Part shown: one piece after another, positions 10,643 through 24,066 of the stretch | How the letters are laid out: every line of letters starts with the position of its first letter | Numbering within the stretch: position 1 is the first letter of the stretch | Assembly (NCBI RefSeq): GCF_002105155.1 | Contig: NW_019028982.1 | Location: 1,302,001 to 1,354,255, forward strand | Origin: Lobosporangium transversale | Taxonomy: Eukaryota | Reading direction: 5' to 3' | DNA length: 52,255 nucleotides | Notes under the pieces: generated by a model | The model's database searches: none | The model's input: only the letters and a program-made list of their open reading frames with translations | Told to the model about the DNA's origin: nothing | Made by a program: the position numbers and the translations under genes

Positions 10643-12593
10643 ATGAGCGTAAGTACTATTTTCATGATGCAACCTGAACTGATCAGCCTTGAATTCCACA
10701 ACCCTAAAAAATCCATGACATTTTTTTTCCCTACATCTTACCTTATGTAGGCTGAAGAATACAAAGCTCAGGGAAACAAAGCCTTTCTTGCCAAGGACTA
10801 TCCTGTTGCTATTGACTTGTTTTCAAAGGCTATTGAACTCGATCCCACCAATCATGTCCTCTACTCTAATCGCTCCGCTTGCTATGCCTCTCTGAAGAAC
10901 TATGAGAAGGCACTCGAGGATGGCAACAAGACTGTTGAGCTCAAGGCTGATTGGAGCAAGGGATATGGTCGTAAGGCCGCTGCTCTCTTTGGCCTTGGTC
11001 GTTATCCTGAAGCTAACGATGTTTACCAAGAAGGATTGAAGATTGAGCCTACTAATCCACAACTTCAGAAGGGCCTTCAAGAGACCCAGCAGGCTATGGA
11101 GAAGGGTATGTTTTGGACTATCTCTTTCAACATTAAAAATCAATCAGGATGTGCCTGTAGATACCAACATGGCTATTTTCCATGGATAAATCAGTAACTA
11201 ACAGCTTTTTTTTTTTTTCTTCTTCTTGACAATTGTAGAGGCTTCTATGGGAATCGGTCAGTTCTTTGGACCCGATGTTTTTACAAAGATGGCTGCTAAC
11301 CCTAAATTGGCCCCACTTTTGTCCCAACCTGACCTTATGGAAAAAGTCAGGGCAATTCAAGCCAACCCAAATGCACTCAATCAGCACATGCAGGATCCAC
11401 GTATTATGACACTCCTCATGGGCTTGATGGGCTTGGATGCTCGTGGACCGGAGGATGGTCCCAGCCCCATGGATCAGGATCCTCCTTCCTCTCCTCCTCA
11501 TTCCACATCCAAGCCAGCAGAGCCTGCTAAGAAGGAAGAGCCCAAGCCTACAGAGGAAGAGCCAAAAGAAGAGGAAATGCCAAGTGAAGAAGAACTGAAG
11601 AAGAAGGAGGCAGCAAAGATTAAGGATCTTGGAAACGCCAGCTATAAAGCAAAGAAGTTTGATGAGGCATTAGAGCACTATGGTAAAGCTTGGGAACTGG
11701 ACTCTACCAATATTTCGATCTTGACTAACAAGGCTGCTGTGTACTTTGAGATGGGCAAGTACGAAGAGTGCATCAAGACATGTGAGGAAGCAATTGAAGT
11801 TGGACGTGAGCACCGTGCAGACTACAAGTTGATCGCTAAGGCATTGGGACGTATTGGTACTGCGTACTACAAGCAGAATAATCTTCCTGAGGCTATCCGA
11901 TACTATGGCAAGTCTTTGGCGGAGCATAGAACCCCTGACATTCTTGCCAAGCTCAAGGAGGCTGAGAAAGCCAAGCTCAAAGCAGATAAGGAGGCATACA
12001 GAGATCCAGCTCTCTCAGCAGAGGCTCGTGAACGTGGCAATGCGCTTTTCAAACAGAGTGACTTTGCAGGAGCTGTCAAGGAGTATACTGAGGCTATCAA
12101 GCGCGATGAGTCTGACCCTCGCGCCTACTCTAACCGTGCTGCTTGCTATACAAAACTGATGGCTATCAACGAGGCTCTGAAGGACTGTGAGACTTGTATT
12201 GCACTGGACCCCAAGTTTGTGAAAGGATACATCCGCAAGGCTGCTATTCAGTTCTTGAAGAAGGAATACACTGAGTGTCTTGAGACATGTCAGCAAGCCA
12301 AGGAGGTAGATGTCGAGCATAAGAATACAGCAGAGATTGACCAACAGATTAACAAAGTCTATGCAGAGATGAGCCGTGGCCCTCAGCGTCGTGAGGGCGA
12401 GACTGAGGCAGAGACGTTGGCAAGAGCACAGCAAGATCCTGAGGTTCAAAAGATTATGTCTGACCCAGCCATGCGCAGCATCTTGCAGCAAATGCAAGAG
12501 GATCCTAAGGCTGCTCAGGAGCATATGAAGAACCCAATGGTGGCAGCAAACATTCGCAAGCTCATCAATGCTGGTATTATCCGTCTTGGTTAA
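10643..12593 (+). CDS. STI1: STI1/HOP Hsp70-Hsp90 organising co-chaperone (TPR1-DP1-TPR2A-TPR2B-DP2)
   Basis: Exons 10643-10648 (MS), 10751-11105 and 11239-12593. TPR motifs (HVLYSNRSACY, W.KGY.RK, YSNRAACY), DP repeats, and C-terminal KLINAGIIRLG. Confidence 0.96.
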
Positions 12594-12914
12594 AGAGAGA
12601 TAGACAAGCATAAAACCTTTTTTTTTCATTTTCTATAGTAGTTGGCAAGCTTGTTTGGTCGTGTAGATACAATATATTTTTTTTTTATATTAATACAAAC
12701 AAAAAAAAAAAAAAAAACACTTCGCTAATGTGAACAAGGAAAATAGGTCATGTTTAAAGTGAACGAGATTTATCTCTTCGCAGGACTGAGCAAGAAAAAG
12801 GAGGATTAATTAGAATCAATTCGACTTGTTCATTTCCTCATTCCCCGTTTTCCAATTCTGTTCACTTTTCAAAACTGTCTTTTTATTTCTATTATTTGGA
12901 GTTAGAATTGGAAC

Positions 12915-14972
12915 ATGATATCAAAAACTCCACAAATATCGATCCCTGGCCATGGTACGATCCAAGGAGTACAGGCGGAAACACAGCCATCGGTTGCCAA
13001 ATTCTTAAATATCCCATATGCAACAATTGATGAGAGATGGCGCCCGGCAGTCAAAGCGGCCCCATGGACCGGTATTCGCGATTGCTCTACATTGGGGTAA
13101 TTGACTTTTTTTTAGTGATTGATTCTAGTGTTTGTTCTTCCTTCACCATCGTCAATTGTGGAAAGAAATAATGAATTATATATCGCCTTACCCTTTAGAC
13201 CTGCATGTCCTCAACCTTTTTACGAGAATCCACTTGCAAATCTCACCAACGATCCTGCAATAGCAGCTGCACTTTCCAATATCCAGTACTCAGAACGAGA
13301 CTGCCTTAATTTGAACATCTTTACTCCGCTGGAACACCTATTTAAAGCTCAGACATTGATCCCTGTCATGGTTTGGATCCATGGCGGAGGCTTCTCGAGC
13401 GGCTCGAATGCGTTACCTCTCTACGACGGGACCAACTTTGTAGCGCGGTCGATACGAATCGGACGGCCAGTGATCCTTGTCACTATTAATTATCGATTGA
13501 ACTATTTGGGGTTCATCTCGTCCAAAGAGTTGGTGGATGATTTAGACAATCGTCATCCAAATAGAGATCAGCAACAGCAGCATCAGCGGCGGCAGCAGCA
13601 GGAGGGATATAAAGACGACTATAACTTCAAGATGAGGAACAGCGTGGGTAACTGGGGACTTTTGGATCAAAAAATGGCGCTTGAATGGGTACGAAATCAT
13701 ATCCATCTTTTCGGCGGCAACAATGAGGACGTGACAGCGTTCGGAGAGTCCGCAGGTGCAACCTCGATTTCATATCATCTTTTGATCCCAGAACACCATG
13801 GACTCTTTCAGCGCGCAATCTTACAGTCTGGTGCAACAACAACCATGGCTGCAGGACGTACTGAATCCGAGGGACAGAGGTATTTTGATCATCTTTGTCA
13901 ACACTTCAAGTTGGACGACGAATCAGTTCAGGATCCAGTCCTTGGTAAAAGTAGACCCTTGAATGGAGAAGAAAAACTGGCTCGCTTGAAGTCCATCCCC
14001 GCGACCGAATTGGTGAAAGCAGGGGAACGTTATCGAGTAGGTATGTTTCTTCCAACAATTGATTCGATTCTGATCCCTACCGATGTTCGTGAGTTGGTAC
14101 ATGATAGTTCGCGATATGATGCTGGCCTCAAATCAATAATGATTGGGAGCTGTCGAGATGATGGACTAACATTTATGCCGGTCCTGGGCGCTAAGTCACT
14201 AAAACGATGGGACAAGTTTATGAACCGATTTTGTCCGCCAACAGATGTGGATCGTCAACAGTTTCAAAGTATTTACGGAGGGCCACCTCAGTCGGATAAA
14301 GAAGCGAGGAGGATATCAGCTGAAGTCTTGACGGATGCAATCTTCTTGTATCCGAACTATGCCACCAGCATGGCCATTATGAAGGCAAAGGATAAAATGA
14401 TGGTTATGAAGAGAAAGAACCAACAACAACAGCAACAACAAGCAGGATTATTGCCGCCGACTGAGATGGTCCGATTCCATTTCGACCGCCCTCTGAAAAT
14501 GTTGGATGAGATGGGGCTCCGTTTTTTGGGGGCTTATCATGGCTCTGAGCTACCGTACGTGTTTGGATCAGATTCTGCACTACTAATGCTATCGCCAGAG
14601 GAAAAGGCGTTTTCAGACCGCATCATGGATTTGTGGATCTTATTCGCATGGGGAGAAACTAGTCGGCGGTATGGTCTTATGAATGGAATGAACTCCTTGT
14701 TCCCTAAAGATACGCCCTCTAGCGTGGTTGATAACAATGTTGGCATGAATGACAGTAGTATCAATAGCAGTGATATTAGTACTATGAACGGTGGGGGTTT
14801 GTGGCAAGAAGCTGTTGTATTCACGGAAGCATGCACAATAGAGCGGGGACGGACAGAAACGTTGGATCATAGAAAGATTGCTTTTTGGGAGCGGTACGAA
14901 CAGTTAACTCGACAAAGGTATGCAGCAAAACATGCTGCCTATCACAACAAAAAAGTAAACACCAAGCTCTAG
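12915..14972 (+). CDS. Type-B carboxylesterase (COesterase family), no signal peptide
   Basis: Intron 13097-13198. Motifs FLNIPYA, ERDCLNLNI, VWIHGGGF, NYRL, GNWGLLDQ, nucleophile elbow GESAG and His motif YHGSE. Two poly-Q insertions. Confidence 0.92.
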
Positions 14973-15266
14973 ACTTGTGTAACCACGCTGTTGCCACCAA
15001 TCAATAAAAAAAAAAATCTCAATCCCATGAGCCCTCATTGAAGTGGCCGAACTACCAAAAGCTGTGCTTTCAAGATAATTTTACAAATCAGTAATTATTT
15101 TGAGCTTGCATTTTGGTGCTCTATTATCTTTATTATTACTATCATTAGATGGGATATATGCGTTGCTTTCTTGGAGGGAGAAGGAGGGGTAAGGGGTATA
15201 TTACAAATGAGAAACAAGGAGAAATAATGAAGAGTGTGATGTAGAGCTTGAACACGCAAAACGCGC

Positions 15267-15307
15267 GCATAGCATAGCTTAGCTTAACTTAGTTTAACTC
15301 AGCTTAG
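15267..15307. repeat. Degenerate pentanucleotide (TAGCT-like) microsatellite
   Basis: gcatagcatagcttagcttaacttagtttaactcagcttag. Confidence 0.7.
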
Positions 15308-15376
15308 TCGAAAGAGAGAGGGATGTGTCTTTTTAAGGTTAGAGGATAAAATAGCTAAAAGATAAAATAAACTTCT

Positions 15377-15772
15377 TTAGCACCCTTCTGGGTCCTCTAG
15401 AACTTGCTGAGAGTGAATGGTTTGCATGGGAAGGGAAGCATGATGGAGACTCTCATAGATGTTACTGGTCTGGAAGGCCTGTTGAATCTGGCTGGTATTA
15501 CTGCAGGTGCTATTGGTGTAAGAAGAGTTGCTCCTGTAGGAGAGATGACGATTGCCTGTGGTGTTCAAACCAAGTTGCTTGATAGACCACCGCTGCGAGA
15601 GTGAGCGCTCAAACTCAGCCAACTTCCATGATGAGGCAATGCCCTTGAAAATCTGTGAGACCACGTCTGCACGCCAGAGGAGACCATGGGTGCCTCCTTC
15701 AATGACGCTCAATGTACACTGTTCCAACCTTTCCTCCATCCAGTCCACGGCATCTTTTGTAATCACAGCATC

Positions 15773-15806
<34 letters not shown>

Positions 15807-16880
15807 ATTTTTTGGTGCTTCATGCATAGTGCTCAAATGCATTGTTCCAAAATTAATAATTTTTTTTTTACCCTGGTACCCCAAAAGACATGCACAGGAA
15901 GCTTTACATCTTTGTAGCTAAATCCAAATGAGTGATAAAGTTCCAAACAGACCATCAAGTCGTTGTATGCGCCTTCCACGCTCTCCGCCATGTTATCTTC
16001 CAACATGGCCTTGCAGAGCTTTTCACGGTCATAATTTAAGATATTGGGATCAGAGCTTGATGGAGGCTCTTTAGCTGCCACAGATAGAGATTTGTATAGG
16101 AGACTGGCAGTGTATTGAGATTTCAATAATGTTGTAGGGACGTGTTTGATCCATTTCATACGCTTTGCGAGTGTAAGGTGGACCCAAGGAGACATAAGCC
16201 AGACAGTGCCAACAATACGAGACTTTAGTCGTAAAGCACAAGCCATTGCGTAGATGGCGCCACAAGAATGCCCCATGACGGAGAAACGTTGAATATTGAA
16301 ACCATTTGCCATTTCCTCGACAATTTCGGCCATCCGGAGAGGTGTCCATTCCTAGAGAAAGAATAAACAAATTATAAACAACGGTTAAACTTTAATCTTG
16401 TCTCTTTCAGATTACACTTTTTTTTTCCTTTTTCAGGACATGGATTTTTTTTTTTACCTCAGGCTCGGTTGTATGTGACATTCCAACGCCGGGACGATCA
16501 ATGCAATAGATCCTCAGCTGGTGTTTGAAGGCAAGATCTTCAAGGATGATGGAGTAGTAGCGCATGCATCCTAATCCAAGACTAGGAAAAAAAATATAAA
16601 TATATACATAACAATGGTTGGAATTTAGGTGTCAATTGCTTTGTAATTTTGTCCAGAATATGGATTGTTTGTTGTTTGGCAATGTTTCTTATAGTTTTGC
16701 TTACAAACAAAATACTGGATGTCCACAGGGATGTCCTACTTCCGCAAAGGAGATGAGACGACCTGAGTAAAGTTCATAGCGTTGGTTCATGTCGACACTT
16801 CCGAGTGTAGCCTCAACATCAGCCATGGTTGGAATGCTGTCGAATGAGCAGACAGTGGCTTCTGACATTCGTCGTGACAT
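15377..16880 (-). CDS. Alpha/beta-hydrolase fold protein, multi-exon
   Basis: In-frame ATGs at 16880 and 16826. Spliced motifs ISFAEVG.P.GHPVF.FLGLGC.RYY, CIDRPGVG, GHSCG nucleophile, FWG..DAV and GGTHGL. GT-AG introns. Confidence 0.88.
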
Positions 16881-17812
16881 GATGGGACAGAGTGGTTATG
16901 TGATGAAAGTTAGAAATGAGAGAATATGAGATGGCCTCTGCAAGAAGAACAAAGTGAGTGAATGAATGTGAAGGGGAGAGAGGGAGAAAGAGAGAGAGAG
17001 AGAGATACACACACAAGAAATGCAAGTGTATGAAAGGTGTGCAAGCGTATGTGTGTATAAAGAAAGGGAGAAGGAGCGAAAGAGAGAAAGGAAAGAAGAG
17101 AAAGGAGAAAGGAATAGGAACAACAGAACGAGGCTGGTCAAGACGGTAAAGGTGGCAAATAAATAAAAACGGGCACACCATGCCAATGCCCACGAGTCCG
17201 GGATATGCAAGTGAGCATGAGTCGACTAATGAGTTCGTACCATTCTACAGTTTTTAGCACTTTTAGATGTCAATGAACGGTATACATGTAAATATACATC
17301 GATATATATATATGTATAGCACTTTTATACAATGACTTGTCTGGACTATTCGAACGCTCATGCTCTCAGAAGGGGATGAACCTTGTAATATAAATCTCTT
17401 ATTTATCACAGATGTGGATTGGACCGATCAGGGTGCATGTTCATGTACGAACCCACCATTGCCCGCTCATCTGCTCTTTCTTTCTGACCCTCGAATACCT
17501 TTTTTTTGTCCTAAATAGCGACAGTGTCTAACAGCAGGGTAGGTCCCGTTTGTCTTGGTCATGCTGGACCCGCCTGGTCGCTGCGTTGCAGCTGTTCATT
17601 TCGCCTCAATCTCTCTATTTTTTTTAGGAGTACTTGAGCAAAACATAAAAAACTAAAAGGTTATGCATGCAGAGAGTTCGGAAAAAAAAAAAAAAAAAAA
17701 AAAAGTATACCAGAAGAAAGTTGAATTAATTATCTATGAATACCATTCCAAAAGGGTTTCTGCCAAATGAAGAGCTTTTTTTTTTGGAGATCTTACTTTT
17801 GTGGCACAGGGT

Positions 17813-17908
17813 TAGGCTCGTACCCATCCCTCTTCACTTTATAAAGGTGACAGGAAATTCCATTTCCTTTTTGAGTCACCTAAAGTGAAGGGGCTGGGAA
17901 CGAGCCTA
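17813..17908. mobile_element. 96-bp non-autonomous foldback MITE with 9-bp TSD
   Basis: Ends TAGGCTCGT...ACGAGCCTA, with about 35-40 bp imperfect inverted arms. Flanked by identical gcacagggt at 17804-17812 and 17909-17917. Confidence 0.85.
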
Positions 17909-19709
17909 GCACAGGGTTTGGTTTACCAAACAAATGGCGAATCATTTATACAACCACATTTCATAAAATGTGAATTATCGTAGAAACCACATACACTTCC
18001 GCATCCTTGATGCTAAAAAAAAAGGTCGGATTTGAGTCTATGTGTTTTCCGAAGTATCGAGAAAAAACATCAGATATCAGGGTCCTCTTAGCAATTGAGT
18101 TAAGACTTCTTTTAATGAATGTGCCCTGCGTGGCATTTCATTAGCCTAGCGCGAGTCAAAAAAACAAACAAACAAGCAAAAAAATCATCATCTTCACTTT
18201 CTCCGCAACTCAACTCTTTTGGTTCTTATTCAATTAGCGACATGTAAAGCTTTCATTTTTGGTATTCACAGGTGCTCAAATTGAAATAAATAATAGTAAT
18301 AATAAAATAAATATTCATTGATGGACGATCGTTAGATAATTTGTATAGACTATATACATAATGTCGCTTATTTTTTTTTTTCCTTTTTTTTCAAACATTC
18401 ACAGCGAGCTGTTGAATGATGGGATGAATATCGTCCATTCATCCATAGCCTTGGGTGTATGTATGACAATGAAAACCCTGCTTCTGTCCACAAGTTGTGG
18501 TATTTGTCTTTTCATTTAACCTTATTTTCTTTGTGTTGTAAACACTCTCGTAACGATTGCAAGCCTTTCAGGATAAATTGACCTCATTATCGGAACTGAA
18601 TTTGGCACGCCTTTTTTTTTTTTCTTGATAATAATAATAACGGGTCGTAAGCCCATTGCCTCGTTACGGTCGGCTCTTGTCTCATTTGGATAATAGAAAA
18701 GTAAACGATCACATAAAATTTTGAACCGGTTTTCATGCTGTCTTTGTCCATTAATATTTTTTATTTTATTTTATCCAAAAGAGATTGAGTTCATTTGTCA
18801 CCCTTTACTTCCACAAGTCTTGTAAATTAGCGTTAAATCGGAGACATTCGATAGCCCATAGGCCGCTAGCATTAACGGGGAATGAGAAGGACGTTGTTGA
18901 TTGTGTTTATTACTTCTTGGAGTAGACGGATATAATATTTAGTCGTCCTCCTCTTGCTGGGTAGGCTCAATGATGTGCTTTGCTCTGGTCCAACTTTATC
19001 ATCCGCTCCACGTTTTCTCTATAGACCATTGTTAAACGCCCAAGGTATCTATGGAAAGCTATCCAGGCTTGACCCAAACTCTTACATTGCTCCATTTAGA
19101 TCATTAATGTCAATGTATCGGTACTAAAACCTTAATATTATGAATAAGTGATATCGCAAAACATGACTGGTGCATCTATGATTCAACTCATGTGGACGCT
19201 ATTGATATATTGATATGGAGATAGCAATTTATCAATTACGCTGTGTTGCCAAGAACTGAAAGGCACGCATATAAAGTTCTTCATCGTCTACATCCATAGA
19301 CCAACACCTAAACTACATACTTTATGGTTTCAACAGGCTCAACAAACCCAAACACAACAAAATCTAAGTGCACTATCTACACCAGTCAATAAACACTGGA
19401 AGATTTAAGTTGATACTTAGCTTTATGGCAGCCCAACTTTTTACTATCTTTTTTTTTTTTTTTTTCTTAAGTGCTGGATTTCCGTCACTTATTGACCATG
19501 TCAATCGAGCCTGATACTTGTAATGAACATCCCATTACGAGACAAAAGAAGAAGTGGGAGTGGCAGTATGTGTGCGTGTGTGAACGCAGACAATATGTAT
19601 ATGTATATATATTTTCTTTTTGGGTTCGCAACTAGCTTAATTCTCGTCCTTTTAGAACTGTATCTCTTTCACCACCCTTATTCGTTCCTCCTATAAAAAA
19701 AGGAATTCC

Positions 19710-20230
19710 TACACAAAACGAACCCTCCAGGAACAAGACAACACGTCGCGATATATCTTATACGAAGCGACTTGGCTCAATGTCTATACGTCAGAAAGGC
19801 ATGGTATGAGCCGCTCATCCATTTCGTCTGAAAAATCGTGGATGTCAGCAGCACGAGCTAAGACAACCTTTCCCTCGATAACCTAAAGCAACATCGCCGC
19901 TTGCCATCAATCTACGGTTGGGTCCAATTTCAAAGATTATATTCTATCCACGACTGCAGAACCTGTCCCTTGAAGCAGGGCTCCGATATGATTTTTCAGA
20001 TGCTGCAGTTCTGATCGTAAGCAGCCCATTGATGACGCATTAAATCCTTCATGACCCGCTGGGGAATTCACCAAGCATTGTGGTCCGTTGTATCAACGCT
20101 TTTAAACCCTGAGGTATCGTTGGTAGATTGAAGCGAAATGAGGCCAGCTGAAGCCTTTTGGAAAGCATGTTCCAGACTCAAGACTTTTGTTGTTCTCGAG
20201 TTGTGTGCCAACAGCATCAGTTGATCTTAG
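19710..20230 (-). pseudogene. Decayed coding relic of unknown family
   Basis: Higher-GC stretch that reads as protein-like in one frame with interspersed stops (LRSELQHLKNHIGALLQG...*...VIEGKVVLARAADIHDF). Confidence 0.3.
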
Positions 20231-22092
20231 GATTGTAAATAGCTCACTGGGTCTGAATATTCCTCGTTTACACAGTTTATTATATATTTAGTGGTAACTA
20301 TGAGCGCCACAGAAGAGCTTAGTCTGATCTGCCGCTGCTCCCATATACAGGAGCTGAAATGGATACGGAAACGAATCCAGTCTCATAAAAAGAGTATATT
20401 GAACTTATTTTTACTGAACATTGGCCAGAAGCTAGTAAAGTGGATCTGATTTGGTTTATTCAAAAAGACGAAATGCTTAGGACTCTAGAGAACATGACAA
20501 ACTTCACAGCGCCAACTCTTGACTACGGTTGTGATGTTTAGTCCCAACACTTCCCAAACTCTCCGGCAATACTTCAGTAGTCTCTGAGTGCTCGATACTG
20601 CCTCATTATGAGACGTGGCACGCGGGATGGTTCAAGCAATCCTATGCTCATGCCAGGACTCGCCCTGCATAACAACGCTTGCCAGCATGCTGACTATACA
20701 ACACTCTGAAGTAGTGAGGTCTGCCGTTCCCAAAACCACCTCTAGATCGACTTTATGTCCTTGGAGCAAAGAAGCCATCTTCAGACAATGGTTTTCGGAC
20801 GCTCGACCTCGTTGAAGCAATTAAAGCTATTGTCTGTCGTCTGATGGACCAGACACATGGAGGTCAATAGCCACATTTTCAGACTCTAGACCTAGCATGC
20901 AGCTTTAATATGGCTTGAGCAAAGTTGCTAGTCTAAAAAGGATGCAGGATCTAGACACCCTTGAGCCGAAACAGGTGCTCGATAAAAAGGACATTGAATG
21001 GGTAGAACTGGCCCGAGCTCAGCACTTGTTGATTGTGTGATAACGCGACACGGTGTTGCATAGGTCTGTTGGTGCAAGGGATAAAATAGAAATAAGCTAT
21101 TACATCCTTGTCCGTGCATTAGGCCACAGTAGGTCAGGCCGGAAAGGTGAGCTTTGAGTATCAACCATGGCGGCCAAGGCTTATGACATTGTGGATGCAT
21201 CGGCATAGTCATTTATGCAGTAATAGCTGTTTAATGACTATAGTGTTTAGGGATTTTGTTCATAGAGTATAGAAAATAGATTCCACGACTCTGAGGAGCC
21301 TTGTTTTCAAAATAAAATCGTCCATGCCTCTGTCCATTTTATCTTCCAGTTGGCAACAAGGTTAATAAAACTATAGTGCCTTGATGAAGATTTCGTAAAC
21401 CAAAAATGAGGAAGGAGTTTGAGTCTGTTCATAGATATGGTAGATGGAGAGGTAACATGTGCTGTGAAGAAGATGTAGAATGCCATCGAGCTGGGTTTCA
21501 TGGGTCTAAATATGGCTCTGGCGCTTTTTGGGCACTCCAACATTATCACCATACCACTTTGAGAGAGCATAACCTGAAAGGGCTATTGTTATGTGGCTAC
21601 AAGCGATCTGATACTCTTTTACAAAACTGGAGGGTTGAGGGCGGATGGAATGTTAGAGCAAGAACTGGTGGAAAATCGATCATTAGTATGAAAGAAGCTA
21701 CTAATCCTGGACGCCATAACATGATCATTAACTAGGGATCTTTGAGCCCTTATCCCATCTGATATGGTTAGAAGACTTGAATGTGAGTTATAATGAGGGA
21801 GTGAGGATATTAACTTTTATTACATGATTAGATCGACTAGAGGGTCAAATAAGGCTTTGCTACCTAAAGTAAAAATAGGCTCGATTGGCAAAAGCAACAG
21901 ATGCAGCTGCTGGTCTTCAAGGTGGCGGTGAGCAAACACATCAAACCATTACAAAACTTGGTGGCTGTGCTTAAACAAAAAAAAAAAAAAAGGGCTGTCA
22001 CATTTGTTTTTTTTTTTGAAGCGTTTCGATGATGCATTCTTCTACGCCATTTCCTTTGTTTCTTTTTGACGACAATAAAGTATAAAGTAGGC

Positions 22093-23529
22093 ATGGAAGT
22101 AACTCAAGAATTCATTAGTATTGGATGCAACAGACTTACTCAAGCGCTGGCTTGGGGTGCAGACGGACTAGCAGCATTCGGAGCTCACCATGCAGTTGCA
22201 TTATATTACCCTATGGTATTTTTTATGGTTATTCAGGAATGGCATTCAGGGAAATATGCGTCTGGGCTAATATAAGATGGCACAGTAGAATTTACCTATC
22301 ATTATTTTGTATCTCTGAGATAATTGCTAGGATGCTGCAAGGCATGGTGTTCGTGTAACTCTACAAGGTCATTCAGCTCGTGTCAATTGTGTTGCATTTT
22401 TGAATAGAGGGTATGAGCTTAACCAGCGTAATGTGGCCATTGTCTCGGGATCTGCAGACAAGACGGCTAGGATTTGGAAGAGGCAGGGCAGCAGGGGAAA
22501 TGATGGCCAGTGGATTTGCTCCGCTGTTCTAGAAGGACATACCGGATCTGTAATCACTCTTGGAGTTGTCAGAGCCAGATCAATCCACGAGAACCAGGGC
22601 AAAGATCTCTTGGCGACTGGCTCAGGTGATGGAACTATCAAAATTTGGGAGCGTAAAGAGGTGGATGAACATAAAGGTAAAGAATAAGGCCAAATCTTCA
22701 CACATTGGAGATATGTATTTTTACTCACTGTTTTAAATATTTTTGGTTGAGACTACAAACCCTTGTAGGCTTTCGACACCATGTTTTACTTTTTTATTGT
22801 ATGTAATTCATTCATGTCATCCTTTGTAGATGAGGTCACTTGTGTTCAGACGATTCAAGTTGGGAAGAAGTACCCACAGTCAATTGCTATCTCATATCTA
22901 CCCAAAACCACTGTTCCTATCATGGCAGTAGGCAGTACGGACAACAAGATCAATATTTACTTGATGCACAAAAACCAAGTAACGCGCGTACACACACGAA
23001 TAGAAACTGGATACATAAATTTAAGTCTTCAAATATGATGGCTGAAGGATGATGTTGGTGACTTATCGTTGGCTTTCTATCGGTACATTGGTTCTGGTTG
23101 ATAGTTTGAAAAGGTTCTCTCGCTTCAAGGGCATGATAACTGGGTACGCTCACTGGATTTCACCACATTTACAAAGGATGAAGTTCCCTCACAGAACATA
23201 GAAAGCGAATCAAATGGAGATGGTGTCGGCTCTAACTCCGACAATGAGGCCATGAAAAAAACTTCACACCATCACACTCTGCAAGATGGAGACTTGCTAC
23301 TTGCTTCTGGATCACAAGACAAATACATTCGTTTGTGGAGAATATCTGCAGTTGATAAGAAGGAAGAGGAGCAACGGGATGAAGCCCAGAATGAAGGATC
23401 CGAAGGCGGTTTAACTCAGGATATGCTTAGAAGTCTTGAAGAAATGTAAGATATGGACTCTTTAATCGCTCGTCACCACATTCTTATCATTACTACACTG
23501 CTTGACAATGGCTTTAAATTTTATTTCGT

Positions 23530-23562
<33 letters not shown>

Positions 23563-24034
23563 TCAAAATCAGGAACGCAGCTCAGCACAAAAGCTCATAT
23601 CATTGAGGCCTATCCGGACGATTCTTCTGAAGGCCTGAAGCGTTTCTCTGTCATGTTTGAAGCCTTACTCCTTGGACATGAAGATTGGGTCTACACTATT
23701 AACTGGCAGCCTGCCATGAATCTGAATGGGAAGTACCACCAGCCCATGTCCTTGCTCTCAGCCTCAACGGACAAGAGTATGATGATCTGGAAACCAGACG
23801 AAGCAACAGGTGTTTGGGTGAATAACACCCAGATGGGTGAGGTTGGAGGTAATACTATTGGATTCTATGGAGGCCTGTTCGGACCAGATGGACGCTGGAT
23901 CTTGGCATATGGCTATAATGGCGCATTCCATATTTGGAAGAATGAAGGGGACGAAATTGGAGGTAATGATATTCGATGGTACGACGTTTTTGATTGAAAG
24001 AAAAGACATAGTTTTATACAACGGAAAGTCATTT

Positions 24035-24066
<32 letters not shown>

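Noticed and set aside
12015..12629. 204-aa antisense ORF to STI1, and similar antisense ORFs in SCOT and HSP90
   Set aside because: Shadow ORFs of biased coding strands.
16819..17210. Hydrophobic ORFs upstream of the hydrolase
   Set aside because: Translations of CT/GA-rich leader microsatellite.
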